From Squalus acanthias (Eukaryota), in NCBI GenBank assembly GCA_030390025.1, contig CM059432.1, forward strand, positions 12,958,001-13,022,000: a stretch of 64,000 bases of DNA, read 5' to 3'. A program made the position numbers and the translations under genes. The notes under the pieces are model-generated. The model saw only the letters and a list, made by a program, of their open reading frames with translations. It ran no database searches and was not told the origin of the DNA. Below, piece after piece: positions 12,403 through 24,407 of the stretch; position 1 is the first letter of the stretch, and every line of letters starts with the position of its first letter.

Positions 12403-13140
12403 CCTACAACTACCTACTTTAATTGTTACAATTTGAAATTCCATAGCATTCTTGTATTTTACACTTTAATTCCAGAAGCACTTTTTTTTGGCTATGTTTC
12501 ACGAATCTTTGACCTAGCTCTGAATTCAAAGAAAGGGGGATTACCTGAAGATACCCTTGGAGGTCAGATATGCCCATTTATTTTAACTAAGTTTGAGTCT
12601 TTGCTCAGAGTGTTTTAGGATATGTGTGGTCTAAAAGTGATTAAATAACTGCAAAGCTTTCGATTAGAAGCAACAGAATAATATAAACAAGAATGTAAGG
12701 TCATGACACTAGGATAGGGAGAAAGCTCACATTTTCTGAAACTTCTAATGGTTCTTACTGAGCGAAGCCCTTTGATAAAATCCTGCCATTGACACATAAT
12801 ACTTATTGTAGCCAGAATATGTTTTTTGACTAGAGTGCAGCTGTCCTTTGTTGACAGGGACATGTCAAAGGAATCAGTTGAAGGACGGTTTGAATTTCTT
12901 TCATCTAAGTGAGAGTGATGGACAGCAGGATAGTGCTAAGGAGAGATGGGACTGAAACTGTCCTCCCTTTTTGAACCTATATTCACCAGTGGCTAATCAT
13001 TTCCCTAACCCTTACCATTTGCTTTTAAAGCCATGAATACAGTAGCTTGATTGCACGTGTGGGCACAACAAATACACTGTGTCACGGAGCAGTGAGACCC
13101 TGGTTTATATCAGCAGTTCCCAATGCTTCATATTCTCAAA

Positions 13141-13592
13141 AATGAGAAGTCGCAAAACACCAGGTTATAGTCCAACAGTTTTATTTGAAATTACGAGCTT
13201 TTGGAGCGCTGCTCTCCTTCGTCAGGTACAGTGAGGGAATACAAATCGGTTACAAAGTATATATAGACAGAGAACAATGTGTCTGCAGAGATACAATCCG
13301 TCAGGGAGGCATTACATCAAAGACACAGCAGAGTACAGCTAAGACAATGAGGTGGGGTCACAGGGGGTCCAACGTGTCAAATGCTGCAGTCTGCAGTTAA
13401 GCTTTTTACTTTTTTTTAAAAACTGGAAATCACACCTGTGAACCAGACAACGATGTCGAGTCACGTTCTGTAGCGTGACATGAAACCGAGATCCCGGTTG
13501 AGGCCGTCCTCATGGGTGCGGAACTTGGCTATCAGTTTCTGCTCGATGATTTTGCGTTGTCGTGTGTCTCGAAGGCCGCCTTGGAGAACGCT
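13141..13592 (-). mobile_element. Penelope-like element 3' fragment
   Basis: Homologous to 15405-15870; ORF C-terminus ..LIAKFRTHEDGLNRD; hammerhead motif with GAAA changed to AAAA at about 13191-13229. Confidence 0.85.
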
Positions 13593-14114
13593 AATTCATA
13601 TTCTCAGGCACAGGTATACTGTCACAGTACCTGCTGAGCGGAGGCAAAGGAAACCTCTCAATTGAGTCAAAACGCTCCTCCTCTTGGTGAATTCAAGACC
13701 AGCATTGACAGAGGCTAGGGAGCAGCTTTTTCGACCAGCCTCCTAAAGGAAAAAGCTACGGGCGAATTATTAATCCGCCGATGCAAGGCTGATTGTAAAA
13801 TTTGCAGCAAATTTGCTAATCTTCTAATTTAAGAAGGAAGTTCAAAACTTTATTTTATTCACTTTCAAAAACTGATTTCCTCTGTTAATCTATTTGCCGT
13901 CTGCCACATTTATTTCATAATTTAAAGTTCCCAAGTTGATTTTCCATCAGATTATCGCACTGCAGAAAGAATGTTGCATGTTTTTTCTTATTCATTCAAA
14001 TTATGTCTGCTGCCCTCGTCCTTCTAGGTGGAAGAAGTCATGGGTTTGGGAGGTGCTGTCGAAGAAGCCTTGGAGAGTTGCTACAGTGCATCTTGTAGAT
14101 GGTACACAGTGCAG

Positions 14115-15404
14115 GAGACTGGGGGGGAAAGAAGAACGCCGCCTCCATGGGGTAGGCTTCGCCATAAAAAATGAACTAATTGGGCGTCTCAGAGACTCTC
14201 CTAGTGGTATAAACAAGCGCCTCATGACTCTTCGGCTCACCCTAGCCCGGAACCAGTGTGCTACGGTCATCAGTGCGTACGCCCCAACACTGGAAGCCAC
14301 AGACGAGACCAAAGAGGAATTCTACTCCAGCATCGAACAATCCCTGTCCCAAGTCCCAACGGGCGACAAGCTGATCCTCCTTGGTGACTTTAACGCCAGA
14401 GTTGGAAAGGACACAGACCTCTGGGGAGGTGTGATCGGCAGAGAGGGGGTAGAGAAAGCCAACTCCAACGGTACCCTCCTCCTGTCGAAATGCTTAGAAC
14501 ATGGCCTTGTCATAACCAACACCTTGTTCCGTCAGAGAGACAAGTACAAGGCTTCTTGGCAGCACCCTCGCTCCAAGCACTGGCATCTGCTGGTCTACAT
14601 CATCGTCCGAGTGAGGGACCACAAGGACGGCCGCATCACCCGCGCCATGACAGGAGCTGACAACTGCTGGACAGACCACAACCTAATCCGCTCTGTCATC
14701 TCCATCAATGTAGCCCCAAAACAGCGACGGCAGCAGAAACAATGCCGCAGGAAAATCAACACTGGAGCACTCAAAGACCCTGCTAAGAAACCCTATTCAG
14801 CCTGCGCCTCACAAACAACCTGACGACTCCCAGTGATGCAGAGACACAGAGTGTCCACAGCGCCTGGTCTGCACTCAAGGCCTCCATAATCAGCACCTGT
14901 GAAGAGATGCTCGGTCACTCGACCAGGAAACACCAAGACTGGTTCAACGAGAACGACCAGGAGATCCAGGTCACATCGTCCACATGCCCGATACGAGACT
15001 CCCAAAACAAGCTCTCTACTCGGAGCTCCGACACGGCAAGAGAGCCCCAGGTGGGCAGAGGAAATGATTCAAGGACACCCTCAAAGCCTCCTTGAAAAAG
15101 TGCAACATCACCACTGACACCTGGGAATCCCTGGCCCAAGACCGCACAAAGTGGAGGAGAAGCATCCGGGAAGGCGCCAAACACCTCGAGTCTCTTCACC
15201 GGGAGCAAGCGGAAGCCAAGCGCAAACAGCGGAAAGAGGGCACGTCAACCCAAGCACCCCACCCACCCGCCCCTTCAACCACCGTCTGCCCCACCTGTGA
15301 CAGAGACTGTAGGTCCCGCATTGGACTCATCAGTCACCTGAGAACTAATTTTGAATGTGGAAGCAAGTCATCCTCGGTTCCGAGGGACTGCCTAAGAAGA
15401 AGAA
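14115..15404 (+). mobile_element. RTE (BovB-like) LINE with the RT domain internally deleted
   Basis: APE motifs ISAYAPT, LLGDFNARVG and WQHPRSKHWHL; jumps at about 14970 to the C-terminal GHIVHMPDTRLPKQ; C2H2-like CPTCDRDCRSRIGLISH; (AAG)n tail. Confidence 0.85.
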
Positions 15405-16456
15405 AAATGAGAAGTTACACAACACCAGGTTATAGTCCAACAGATTTATTTAAAATTACAAGCTTTCGGAGCTGTCGCCCCTTCCTCAGGTAGAGTTACT
15501 GTGAGACAATCTACCAGAATTCACAGAATATAAACACAGAGAAAATGCAGAGATTCAATCTATCCCTACATCAAAGACATACTAAGAGCACAGCCAAGAC
15601 AATGAGATGTGTCCCAGGGGGTCCAACGTGTCAAAACACCTGCTGGCTGCATATCCTCTCCATTTGGGTTTGTTTCTTGTGTTTGTTTCTTGTGTTTGTT
15701 TTTTTAAAAAGCTGGAAAGACCGGCAACGATGTCAAGTCACGTTCTGTAGCGTGACATGAACCCGATATCCCGATTGAGGCCGTCCTCATGAGTGCGGAA
15801 CTTGGCTATCAGTTTCTGCTCGATGATTTTGCGTTGTCGTGTATCCCGAAGGCCGCCTTGGAGAACGCTTACCCGCAGATCCGAGGCTGAATGCCCTTGA
15901 CTGCTGAAGTGTTCCCCGACTGGGAGGCAACCCTCCTGCCTGGCGATTGTTGTGCGGTGTCCGTTCATACGTTGTCTCAGTGTCTGCATGGTCTCGCCGA
16001 TGTACCATGCTCTGGGGCATCCTTTACTGCAACGTATCAGGTAGACAACGTTGGCCGAGTCACATGAGTATGTACCATGTACCTGGTGGGTAGTGTCCTC
16101 ACGTGTGATGACGGTATCTGTGTCCATGATCTGGCATGTCTTGCAGAGGTTGCCGTGGCAGGGTTGTGTGGTGTCGTGGTCGCTGTTCTCCTGAAAGCTG
16201 GGTAATTTGCTGCGAACGATGGTACTTTTGAGGTTAGGCGGCTGCTTGAAGGCGAGTAGTGGAGGCGTGGAGATGGCCTTAGCAAGGTGTTCGTCGTCAT
16301 CGATGACATGTTGAAGGCTGCGAAGAACATGGCGTAGTTTCTCCGTTCCGGGGAAGTACTGGACGACGTAGGGTACTCTGTTGGTTGTGTCCCATGTTCG
16401 TCTTCTGAGGAGGTCTATGCGGTTTTTCACTGTGGCCCGTCGGAACTGTCGATCGA
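15405..16456 (-). mobile_element. Penelope-like element: GIY-YIG endonuclease region plus 3' pLTR
   Basis: ORF 15738-16430 contains NVVYLIRC...WYIGET...LRQRMNGH; TSD TAAGAAGAAGAA (15393-15404, 16457-16468). Confidence 0.9.
15457..15492 (-). ncRNA. Minimal type-I hammerhead ribozyme (Penelope-associated)
   Basis: Minus-strand sequence UAC CUGAGGA A GGGGC GACA GCUCC GAAA GCUU GUA. Confidence 0.7.
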
Positions 16457-17374
16457 TAAGAAGAAGAAGAAGAACACACTGCAGCCAAGGTGTGCCGGTG
16501 GTGGAGGGAGTGAATGTTTAAGGTGATGGATGGGGTGGCAATCAAGCAGGCTGCTTTGTCCTGGATGGTGTCGAGCTTCTTGAGTGTTGTTGGAGCTGTA
16601 CTCATCCAGGCAAATGGAGAGTATCGCATCACACTCCTAAATGTGCCTTGTAGATGGTGGAAAGGCTTTGGGGAGCCAGGAGGTGAGTCACTCTCCGCAG
16701 AATACCCAGCCTCTGACCTGCTCTTGTCGCCACAGCATTTATGTGGCTGGTCCAGTTAAGTTACTGGTCAATGGTGACCTCCAGGATGTTGATGGTGGGG
16801 GAATCGATGATGGTAATGCTATTGAATGTCATGGGGAGGTGGTTAGATTCTCTTTTGTTGGAGATAGTCATTGCCTGGCACTTGTGTTGGACGAATGTTA
16901 CCTGCCACTTATCAGCCCAAGCCTGAATGTTGTCCAGGTCTTGCTGCATGCGAGCATGAACTGCTTCATTATCTGAGGAGTTGCGAATGGAACTGAACAT
17001 TGTGCAATCATCAGCGAACATCCCCACTTCTGGCCATATGACGGAGGGAAGGTCATTGATGAAGCAGCTGAAGCTGGTTGGGCCTAGGACGCTGCCCTGA
17101 GGAACTCCTGCAGCGATGTCCTGGGGCTGATTGGCCTCCAACATCCACAACCATTTTCCTTTATGCTATTTATGACTCCAGCCAGTTGATTCAGTCCAGA
17201 CGGGTAATTAGGTAAAGGCATAAATCTATGATTTTGCCTTTCTTTTAGAAATTCCATTCCATCACTATTAACTTTTTTTTCAAATGCATCACCAATGGTC
17301 TCCCACACAAAATCTCCCACTGCTAATCTACAAAAAATCTACCCCAGTTGATCTCTCAGAGCAGCACTGGGATG

Positions 17375-17512
17375 ATCATAGAATCATTGAAATTGATGGC
17401 ACAGAAGGAGGCCATTCAGCCCATCGTGTCTGTGCTGGCTGAAAAAGAGCTATCCAGCCTAATCCCACTTTCCAGCTCTTGGTCCATAGTCCTGTAGGTT
17501 ATGGCACTTCAG
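17375..17512 (-). mobile_element. CR1 3' tail fragment
   Basis: Tail repeat (ATCATAGA) and GGCCATTCAGCCCATCG; homologous to 60034-60560. Confidence 0.7.
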
Positions 17513-17647
17513 TTTGCCTATCCATTAAGTATACAATTCTGTGGTATTTGGGAATTTTTTTTTGTAGATCAAAACTACTTGAAAAGCAATTAATATTTAG
17601 TTAGTGCAAACTGGAACACTACATATAAACAACTTTACTATGGAGAT

Positions 17648-18842
17648 GTTGGATTTCCAGAAGGCATTCGATAAGGTGCCACATAAAAGGTTACTATACA
17701 AGATAAGAGCTCACGGGGTTGGGGGTAATATATTAGCATGGATAGAGGATTGGCTAACTAACAGAAAACAGAGAGTCGGGATAAATGGGTCATTTTCAGG
17801 TTGGCAAACTGTAACTAGTGGGGTGCCACAGGGATCAGTGCTGGGGTCTCAACTATTTACAATCTATATTAATGACTTGGATGAAGGGACCGAATGTAAT
17901 GTAGCCAGATTTGCTGATGATAAAAGATAGGTGGGAAAGCAAATTGTGTGGAGGACGCAAAGAATCTCCAAAGGGATATAGACAGGCTAAGTGAGTGGGC
18001 AAAAATCTGGCAGATGAAGTATAATGTGGCAAAACGCGAGGTTATCCACTTTTGTAGGAAAAATAAAAAAGCAAATTATTATTTAAATGGGGAGAGATTA
18101 CAAAATGCTGAGGTACAGAGGGATCTGGGGGTACTTGTACATGAATCACAAAAAGTTAGCATGCAGGTACAGCAAGTAATTAGGAAGGCAAATGGAGTGT
18201 TGGCCTTTATTGCAAAGGGAATGGAGTATAAAAGTAGGGAAGTCCTGTTACAACTGTACAGGGCGTTGGTGAGACCACACCTGGAGTACTGCGTACAGTT
18301 TTGGTCTCCTTATTTAAGGAAGGATATACTTGCATTGAAGGCAGTTCAGAGAGGATTCACGAGGTTGATTCCGGAGATGAAGGGGTTGTCTTATGAAGAA
18401 AGGTTGAGCAGGTTAGGACCTATCCTCATTGGAGTTTAGAAGAATGAGAGGGGATATTATTGAAATACATAAGATTCTGAAGGGGCTTGACAGGGTAGAT
18501 GCAGAGAGGATGTTTCCCCTCGTGGGGGAATCTAGAACTGGGGGGCATAATTTCAGAATAAGGGGGCACCCATTTAAATCGGAAATGTGGAGGAATTTCT
18601 TCTCAGAGTGTCGTGAATCTTTGGAATTCTCTTTCCCAGAGAGCTGTGGAGGCTGGGTCATTGAATATATTTAAGATGGAGATAGACAGATTTTTTAAAG
18701 GTAAGGGGCAAGGGTTATGGGGAGCGGGTAGGGAAGTGGAGTTGAGGCCAAGATCAGATCAGCCATGATCTTATTGAATGGTCGGAGCAGGCTCGAGGGG
18801 CCAAATGACCTACTCCTGCTCCTACATCTTATGTTCTTATGT
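17648..18842 (+). mobile_element. CR1 LINE ORF2 3' half with tail
   Basis: LDFQKAFDKVPH, GVPQGSVLG, RFADD, VRPHLEYCVQFWSP; (TCTTATGT)n tail. Confidence 0.92.
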
Positions 18843-19283
18843 ACCAGTATTTACATCAATATCCTAACAGAGAAGGGAGCAATTGAGATATTTTAAATGT
18901 GCATCTAGCCTCCAGTGACTTGTTACATCAGCATCACCGTCTATCACCCATTTCTCTAAGTGAGAAGTGGAGCTTTTTTTTTAAATCTTGCTTGGCCCCC
19001 CCACCCTCAGAGCAAGTTGACTTGTTACTGAGGTGTGGTTCCAAACGCAATGCCCACTGCTAGATAGTGTTCAGGAGCCACGCCCGTGAGTACTCAGGCC
19101 CCAACTGCGATCAGATAACTCTACACAGACTAGTGATTGAACCATACGACCATCCTGGTCTGCACATGCTCAGCTACTACACTGCCTTAACCAGCTGATG
19201 TGGAGATGCCGGTGTTGGACTGGGGTGGACAAATGTGAGAAGTCGCACAACACCAGGTTATAGTCCAACAGCTTTATTTGAAA

Positions 19284-19320
19284 TCACAAGCTTTCGGAGC
19301 GCTGCTCCTTCATCAGGTGA
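19284..19320 (-). ncRNA. Minimal hammerhead ribozyme
   Basis: UCAC CUGAUGA A GGAGC AGC GCUCC GAAA GCUU GUGA. Confidence 0.75.
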
Positions 19321-19408
19321 AGTGAAGAGATGCATATAGGCACAGCATATATAGTCAGAGAACACTATATATGACTATATATGCTGTGCCTATATGCATT
19401 TCTTCACT

Positions 19409-19445
19409 TCACCTGACGAAGGAGCATCGCTCCGAAAGCTTGTGA
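19409..19445 (+). ncRNA. Minimal hammerhead ribozyme
   Basis: UCAC CUGACGA A GGAGC AUC GCUCC GAAA GCUU GUGA. Confidence 0.75.
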
Positions 19446-20959
19446 TTTCAAATAAAGCTGTTGGACTATAACCTGGTGTTGTGCAACTTCTCACATTTAA
19501 CCAGCTGAGCCATCACAGAGTGACTGAAACTGGTCCGCTGGAATATTTCACTGCTCGAGCGATTGACTATACTGACGTCATGAAAAGATTGTGTGGCAAC
19601 AACCAGGCAGTGGTGGTCATCCCCCACCCCCCCAGGTTTTGGAAGATCCCACTTTCCCGGAGCTACTTTCCACAACCCCCATTTGCTTTTATCTCAATTA
19701 ATGTACGTAAATAAAACAAACAAAAATTGCCTCCCCCCCCCCAAAGAGCTCATGGAAGAGTTGCTCTTCCTTTTCCTCATCAGCATCTATACAACCAAGC
19801 GAATGAAAATTAAAACCACCTAGAGCCCAATTCATTCCATTTCCAATTCAATCGCCTGTGAGCCAAAGTCCAGTAAAGTGCAGTGAGGCGGGGGGTGCGA
19901 AGACTTCACTGATAGATGAAATACTCCTCTATACCAAGGCAGCTCTACTCCTTTGTAAACTGAACATTCCTTTGTGACAGTAGCAATTTTACTTTTATAA
20001 TATATTTGTTTCATCTTACAGATGTTTTAGAAATGGTGACACAGGAGAGTGCTTTTTAAATGGATAATGTTTGTACATTTAACACATTCCACAGTTAAAC
20101 GAGTCCAAATGAATAAAACTGGAAATGCTGAACTCAGAACTTCTGATCCGTGTCGGCTTTTATTTTTGTTTATTTTGACTTGACAGTTGCAATTAAATTC
20201 AGAAACGATTTAAAGAAGCATTTCTTTCCTCCGGATAAAGTTTCTGCATCATGTGTTTGGTGGTATCATCATGACACCTTGGGTAGCCTGCATTGTAAAT
20301 TTTGGAAAACATTGGATGTACTGTAATCAGTCAGTATTTATCGTACGGGAACTGCAATCTTAAACAAAACATCAACTGGAACCAGCCCTGGGGGTATTGA
20401 GATCTGTTCTAGTGCTTAGCTTATAGCTTGCCATGACAGCCCAGTATAATATTTGGGGACTTGGCACCACATCAGAGACAATGGTAAGCTACTTGTCTTG
20501 CAACCAGCAGAATTTTAATCGGGAAGTATTGGTTGGGAAATTTCCTCAGAGCCGCTGCCAGTCCAACGCCCGAACTTCACCCGAAGTGCTGCAAAAAGCT
20601 TGTTTCCCTGCATAAGCAGAGTTTCTGCCGCACTTCCGGTGACGTTACAGCAGCAGAGTGGGGAGCAGCTCCGAGGAAATTCCCAGCCATTGTCTGAGAC
20701 ACCAAGGAGCAACCCAAACATAGGAAAGTACAGGACTGGAAAAGACTCTGCGGTCCATCATCAATCGCAAAAACTAATACCTCTCAATTGCTCGCTGCCT
20801 CAAATAATCTATCAAATTCTTCCTTAAATTTTTCCGCACTATCTGTCCCTCCCTGAGCAATCCATTCCACACATTCAGCACTTTCACTTTTCTCAGCTTG
20901 AGTCCATATTCCCTGGTTTTAGAATTTGTGTCAATCTTGAACTTATTATTGGGATTCAA

Positions 20960-21075
20960 TACATTACAACAGCGACTGCACTTTAAAAAGTCTTTCATTG
21001 GCTGTAAAGCGCTTTGGGACGTCCGGTGGTCGTGAAAGGCGCTATATAAATGCAAGCCTTTCCTTCTTTCTTTTC
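20960..21075 (+). mobile_element. Deu-SINE 3' fragment
   Basis: CATTGGCTGTAAAGCGCTTTGGGACGTCC...GGCGCTATATAAATGCAAG tail. Confidence 0.75.
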
Positions 21076-21094
21076 AATGTATCTACTCCCTTAA

Positions 21095-21830
21095 GAATCT
21101 AGAATACCGGAATAATAGCCATTTTTTTTGCGATCAGCCGCGAAGCAAAGGCGTCGCCGCTGGCCTCGAAGAAAGCTGGCCACAAGAAGTTTGCCTGTTG
21201 CGACGCGCAAGTGATTTCAGTGCAATATAATGGGGAATCCCTACCGCGATCTGCTGTGACGCCAACAAGCTGTCTGAACAACCGATCACATTGCAGGGTT
21301 CTCACAGAAAGGGAAGCAGGAAATGAGAACCTGCTTTTATCCTGACTTTTTAAAAATGTTACAGAGAGCAAAACAAAGATTGGGGCTCTCACCTGGGGAT
21401 AGGGTAAACCTGAAATAAGTATGAAGAAACTTTTTTAAAAATGGCAATTTTTGTCATAATGGAGAAATTTGACACTCCACAAAATTAAAATGAGCTTTTC
21501 AGGGCCAGAACTTTAGTTTAGCAGGCAATACGCTGTTAAAACCCCAGTTACACCTAATCCAACAAGGCCTAACATGTAATGGGGTATTTAACAGCGATAT
21601 TACCTTGGAAAAGTTTTCGTCAGTTTCACTGATTGCACCTATTACACTGATTGCCGGCTATGGGATGGAGGGGTCCACAGCACAGCCCGTGTCGGAGCAG
21701 GGAATGACTGACTGCAACCTCAGCATTTTCACGTTTAGATGTGCCTGCGCTATATCCTGAAGTTGCGGTCAGTTGCAAAGGGGTAATAACGCTGTTAGTT
21801 TGCCGTCAGTAGCCACCGCAAATTCCAGCC
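21095..21830. mobile_element. Harbinger-like MITE (related to 24408 and 25561)
   Basis: Terminal gcaaattccagccc; internal similarity to the other MITE copies. Confidence 0.5.
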
Positions 21831-21834
21831 CAAT

Positions 21835-22460
21835 GTTTTTGCTGAAACTTCTCTTCTCCAAAATGAACAATCCTGAGCCCTTCAGTCTCTTTAGAGTGCT
21901 GATGCCTTAAGCTAGGTATCAGTTTGGTTCCCCTTTTTTGCACAGCCTCCAATATCTGGATATCCTTGTTGTAATACTGTGACCAGAACTGTACATAATA
22001 CTCTAGGTGTGGCCATACCAGTGCCTTGTGCATACTCAGTATCACCTCTTGGGATTTGTGCTATTTCTAACTATACATCCCAAGATCTGACTAGCTTTCC
22101 TTACTGCTGCTGCACAGTGTGCTGGTTTCAGTGAGCTATCAACCAATATTCTCAGATACCTCTCCTGTGTGTTGTTCTGTAGCCTACAACCACTTCGTTT
22201 TTTTTCTCACTGTTTATTTTCCTTCCCTAGTCTTATTGTCTTGCATTAATCTGCATTAAATGTCTTTTGCCATTCATCGACCTACCTATCCAGGTCTCTT
22301 TGCAGTGGGTTTACCTGTTCCCAACTGTTTGAACCCCTGCCACCTCCCCCCCCAACCTTCCTCAATATGGTGCTAACCGGAAACTGTTCCGTTCCTGTCC
22401 TCCGCCCCATGTCATTCATTTATACAGTGAACAGCAATGGCTCAGCATTGATTCTTGTGC
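21835..22460 (-). mobile_element. Old degraded CR1 ORF2 fragment
   Basis: KALVWPHLEYYVQFWSQYYNKDI. Confidence 0.7.
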
Positions 22461-22604
22461 CATCCCACCAATAACTCCTTACCATGTTGACCCAGCTCCA
22501 TCTGTGACTCCCTTTCACTCACCTCAGAAGCTTTCTTCCTATTCTATACCTTCCTACCTTTCCTTCACTTTTTTTCTCTCAACTTCTCCCCCTGAAGGTA
22601 GCCC

Positions 22605-22800
22605 AAATTATCTGATCACTATCGCATTGCTGTTTGTGGGAGCTTGCTGAGCGCAAATTGGCTGCCGCATTTCCTACATTACAACAGTGACTACAGTTCA
22701 AAAAGTGCTTCATTGGCTGCAAAGGGCTTTGAGACATCTGGTGGTCGTGAAAGACGCTATATAAATGCAAGTCTGTCTTTCTTTCTTTCTTTCTCTCTTT
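22605..22800 (+). mobile_element. Deu-SINE 3' half
   Basis: Core and tail match the other copies. Confidence 0.8.
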
Positions 22801-22897
22801 CTCTTTATCTCTCGCTTTCTTCAGTTGAAGATGCATTAACACCCATTAAAGAACACAAGGTGGGTGAAAGTGTGTGCTTGTCAAGGCAAAGTCATTG

Positions 22898-23275
22898 AAA
22901 GAAAGAAAGAAAGACTTGCATTTATATATCATTTCATGACCTCAGGATATCCCAAAGTGCTTTACTGCCAATGAAGTACTTTTGAAGTGTTGTCACTGTT
23001 GTAATGCAGCCAACTGCGCACAGCAAGCTCCCACATAATGGCCAGATAATCTGTTTTTTGTTATGTTGATTGAGGGATAAATATTGGCCAGGACACCGGG
23101 GATAACTCCCCTGCTCTTCTTCGAAATAGTGCCGTGGGATCTTTTATGCCCACCTGAGAGAGCAGACGGGGCCTCGGTTTAATGTCTCATCCGAAAGACA
23201 GCACCTCTGACAGTGCAGCACTCCCTCAGTACTGCACCGGAGTGTCAGCCTACATTTTTGTGCTCAAGTCTCTGG
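22898..23275 (-). mobile_element. Deu-SINE
   Basis: (GAAA)n tail; core and tRNA-adjacent region in reverse complement. Confidence 0.85.
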
Positions 23276-23349
23276 TGAGAATGGTTTTTTTCCCCCTAAT
23301 TTTGCTACCCAAGCACTTTCAGGTCATATTTTAGCACATCATAGAATTA

Positions 23350-24185
23350 TTTTCAATTCATTCATGGGATGTGGGCATCGCTGGCAAAGCCAGCATTTAT
23401 TGCCCATCCCTAATTGCCCTTAAGAAGGTGGTGGTGAGCCGCTTTCTTGAACCGCGGCAATCCTTGTGGTGAAGGCACTTCCACAGTGCAGTAAAGGAGG
23501 GAGTTCCAAGATTTTGACCCAGCGATGATGAAGGAACAGCGATATATTTCCAAGTAAGGTTGGTGTGTAACTTGGAGGGGGACTTGGAGGTGGTGGTGTT
23601 CCCATGCGCCTGCTGCTCTTGTCCTTCTAGGTGGTAGAGGTTGCGGGTTTGGGAGGTGCTGCCGAAGAAGCCTTGGCGAGTTGCTGCAGTGCATCTTGTA
23701 GAGGGTACACACTGCAGCTACGGTGCGCCGGTGGTGGAGGGAGTGAATGTTTAAGGTGGTGGATGGGGTGCCAATCAAGCAGGCTGCTTTGTCCTGGATA
23801 GTGTCGAGCTTCTTGAGTGTTGTTGGAGCTGCACTCATCCAGGCAAGTGGAGAGTATTCCATCACACTCCTGACTTGTGCCTTGTAGATGGTGGAAAGGC
23901 TTTGGGGAGTCAGGAGGTGAGACACTCACCACAGAATACCCAGCCTCTGACCTGCTCTTGTCGCCACAGCATTTATGTGGCTGGTCCAGTTAAGTTTCTG
24001 GTTAATGGTGACCCCCAGGATGTTGATGGTGGGGGATTCGGTGATGGTAATGCCGTTGAATATCAAGGGGCGGTGGTTAGACTCTCATTTGATGAAGATA
24101 GTCATTGCCTGGCACTTGTGTGACGCAAATGTTACTTGCCACTTATCAGCCCAAGCCTGAATGTCGTCCAGGTCTTGCTGCATGT
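23350..24185 (-). mobile_element. Zenon-like CR1 LINE 3' part
   Basis: ORF 23410-23925 reads LSTIYKAQVRSVMEYSPLAW...IQDKAACLIG. Confidence 0.85.
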
Positions 24186-24407
24186 GGGCATAATAGAATG
24201 CAGAGCAAAGTTCCAATATGCTTTAACCCCAAGCTCAGAAAGGCTTCCCATCTTTCACAGGCATGATTTTTTCACTTCCTTCGCCAGTTTTCCTTGTAGC
24301 TTCTCCAAGTCAGAGTACCATTTTAGAACCATATTATAGGCAGTTTTGTGTTGTAGTCACTCACTCACTAAGAAATTATTTTAGAGCCAGCAGAGAGAGG
24401 AGATATT

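Larger units (their letters stand above)
14005..17185 (-). mobile_element. Zenon-like CR1 LINE (14005-14114 plus 16474-17185) split by RTE and Penelope insertions
   Basis: GVPQGS...MFADDC RT motifs at 16761-17150; sequence is continuous across the duplicated ACACA(G/C)TGCAG. Confidence 0.8.
19199..19496. mobile_element. Penelope pLTR-derived inverted-repeat element
   Basis: Arms of about 127 bp (19231-19357, 19372-19498) with about 4 mismatches; 12-bp TSD TTAACCAGCTGA (19187-19198, 19497-19508); homologous to the pLTRs at 13141 and 15405. Confidence 0.9.

Noticed and set aside
13936..14823. 295-aa ORF as a host gene
   Set aside because: Chance fusion of unique DNA, an antisense LINE fragment and the RTE endonuclease
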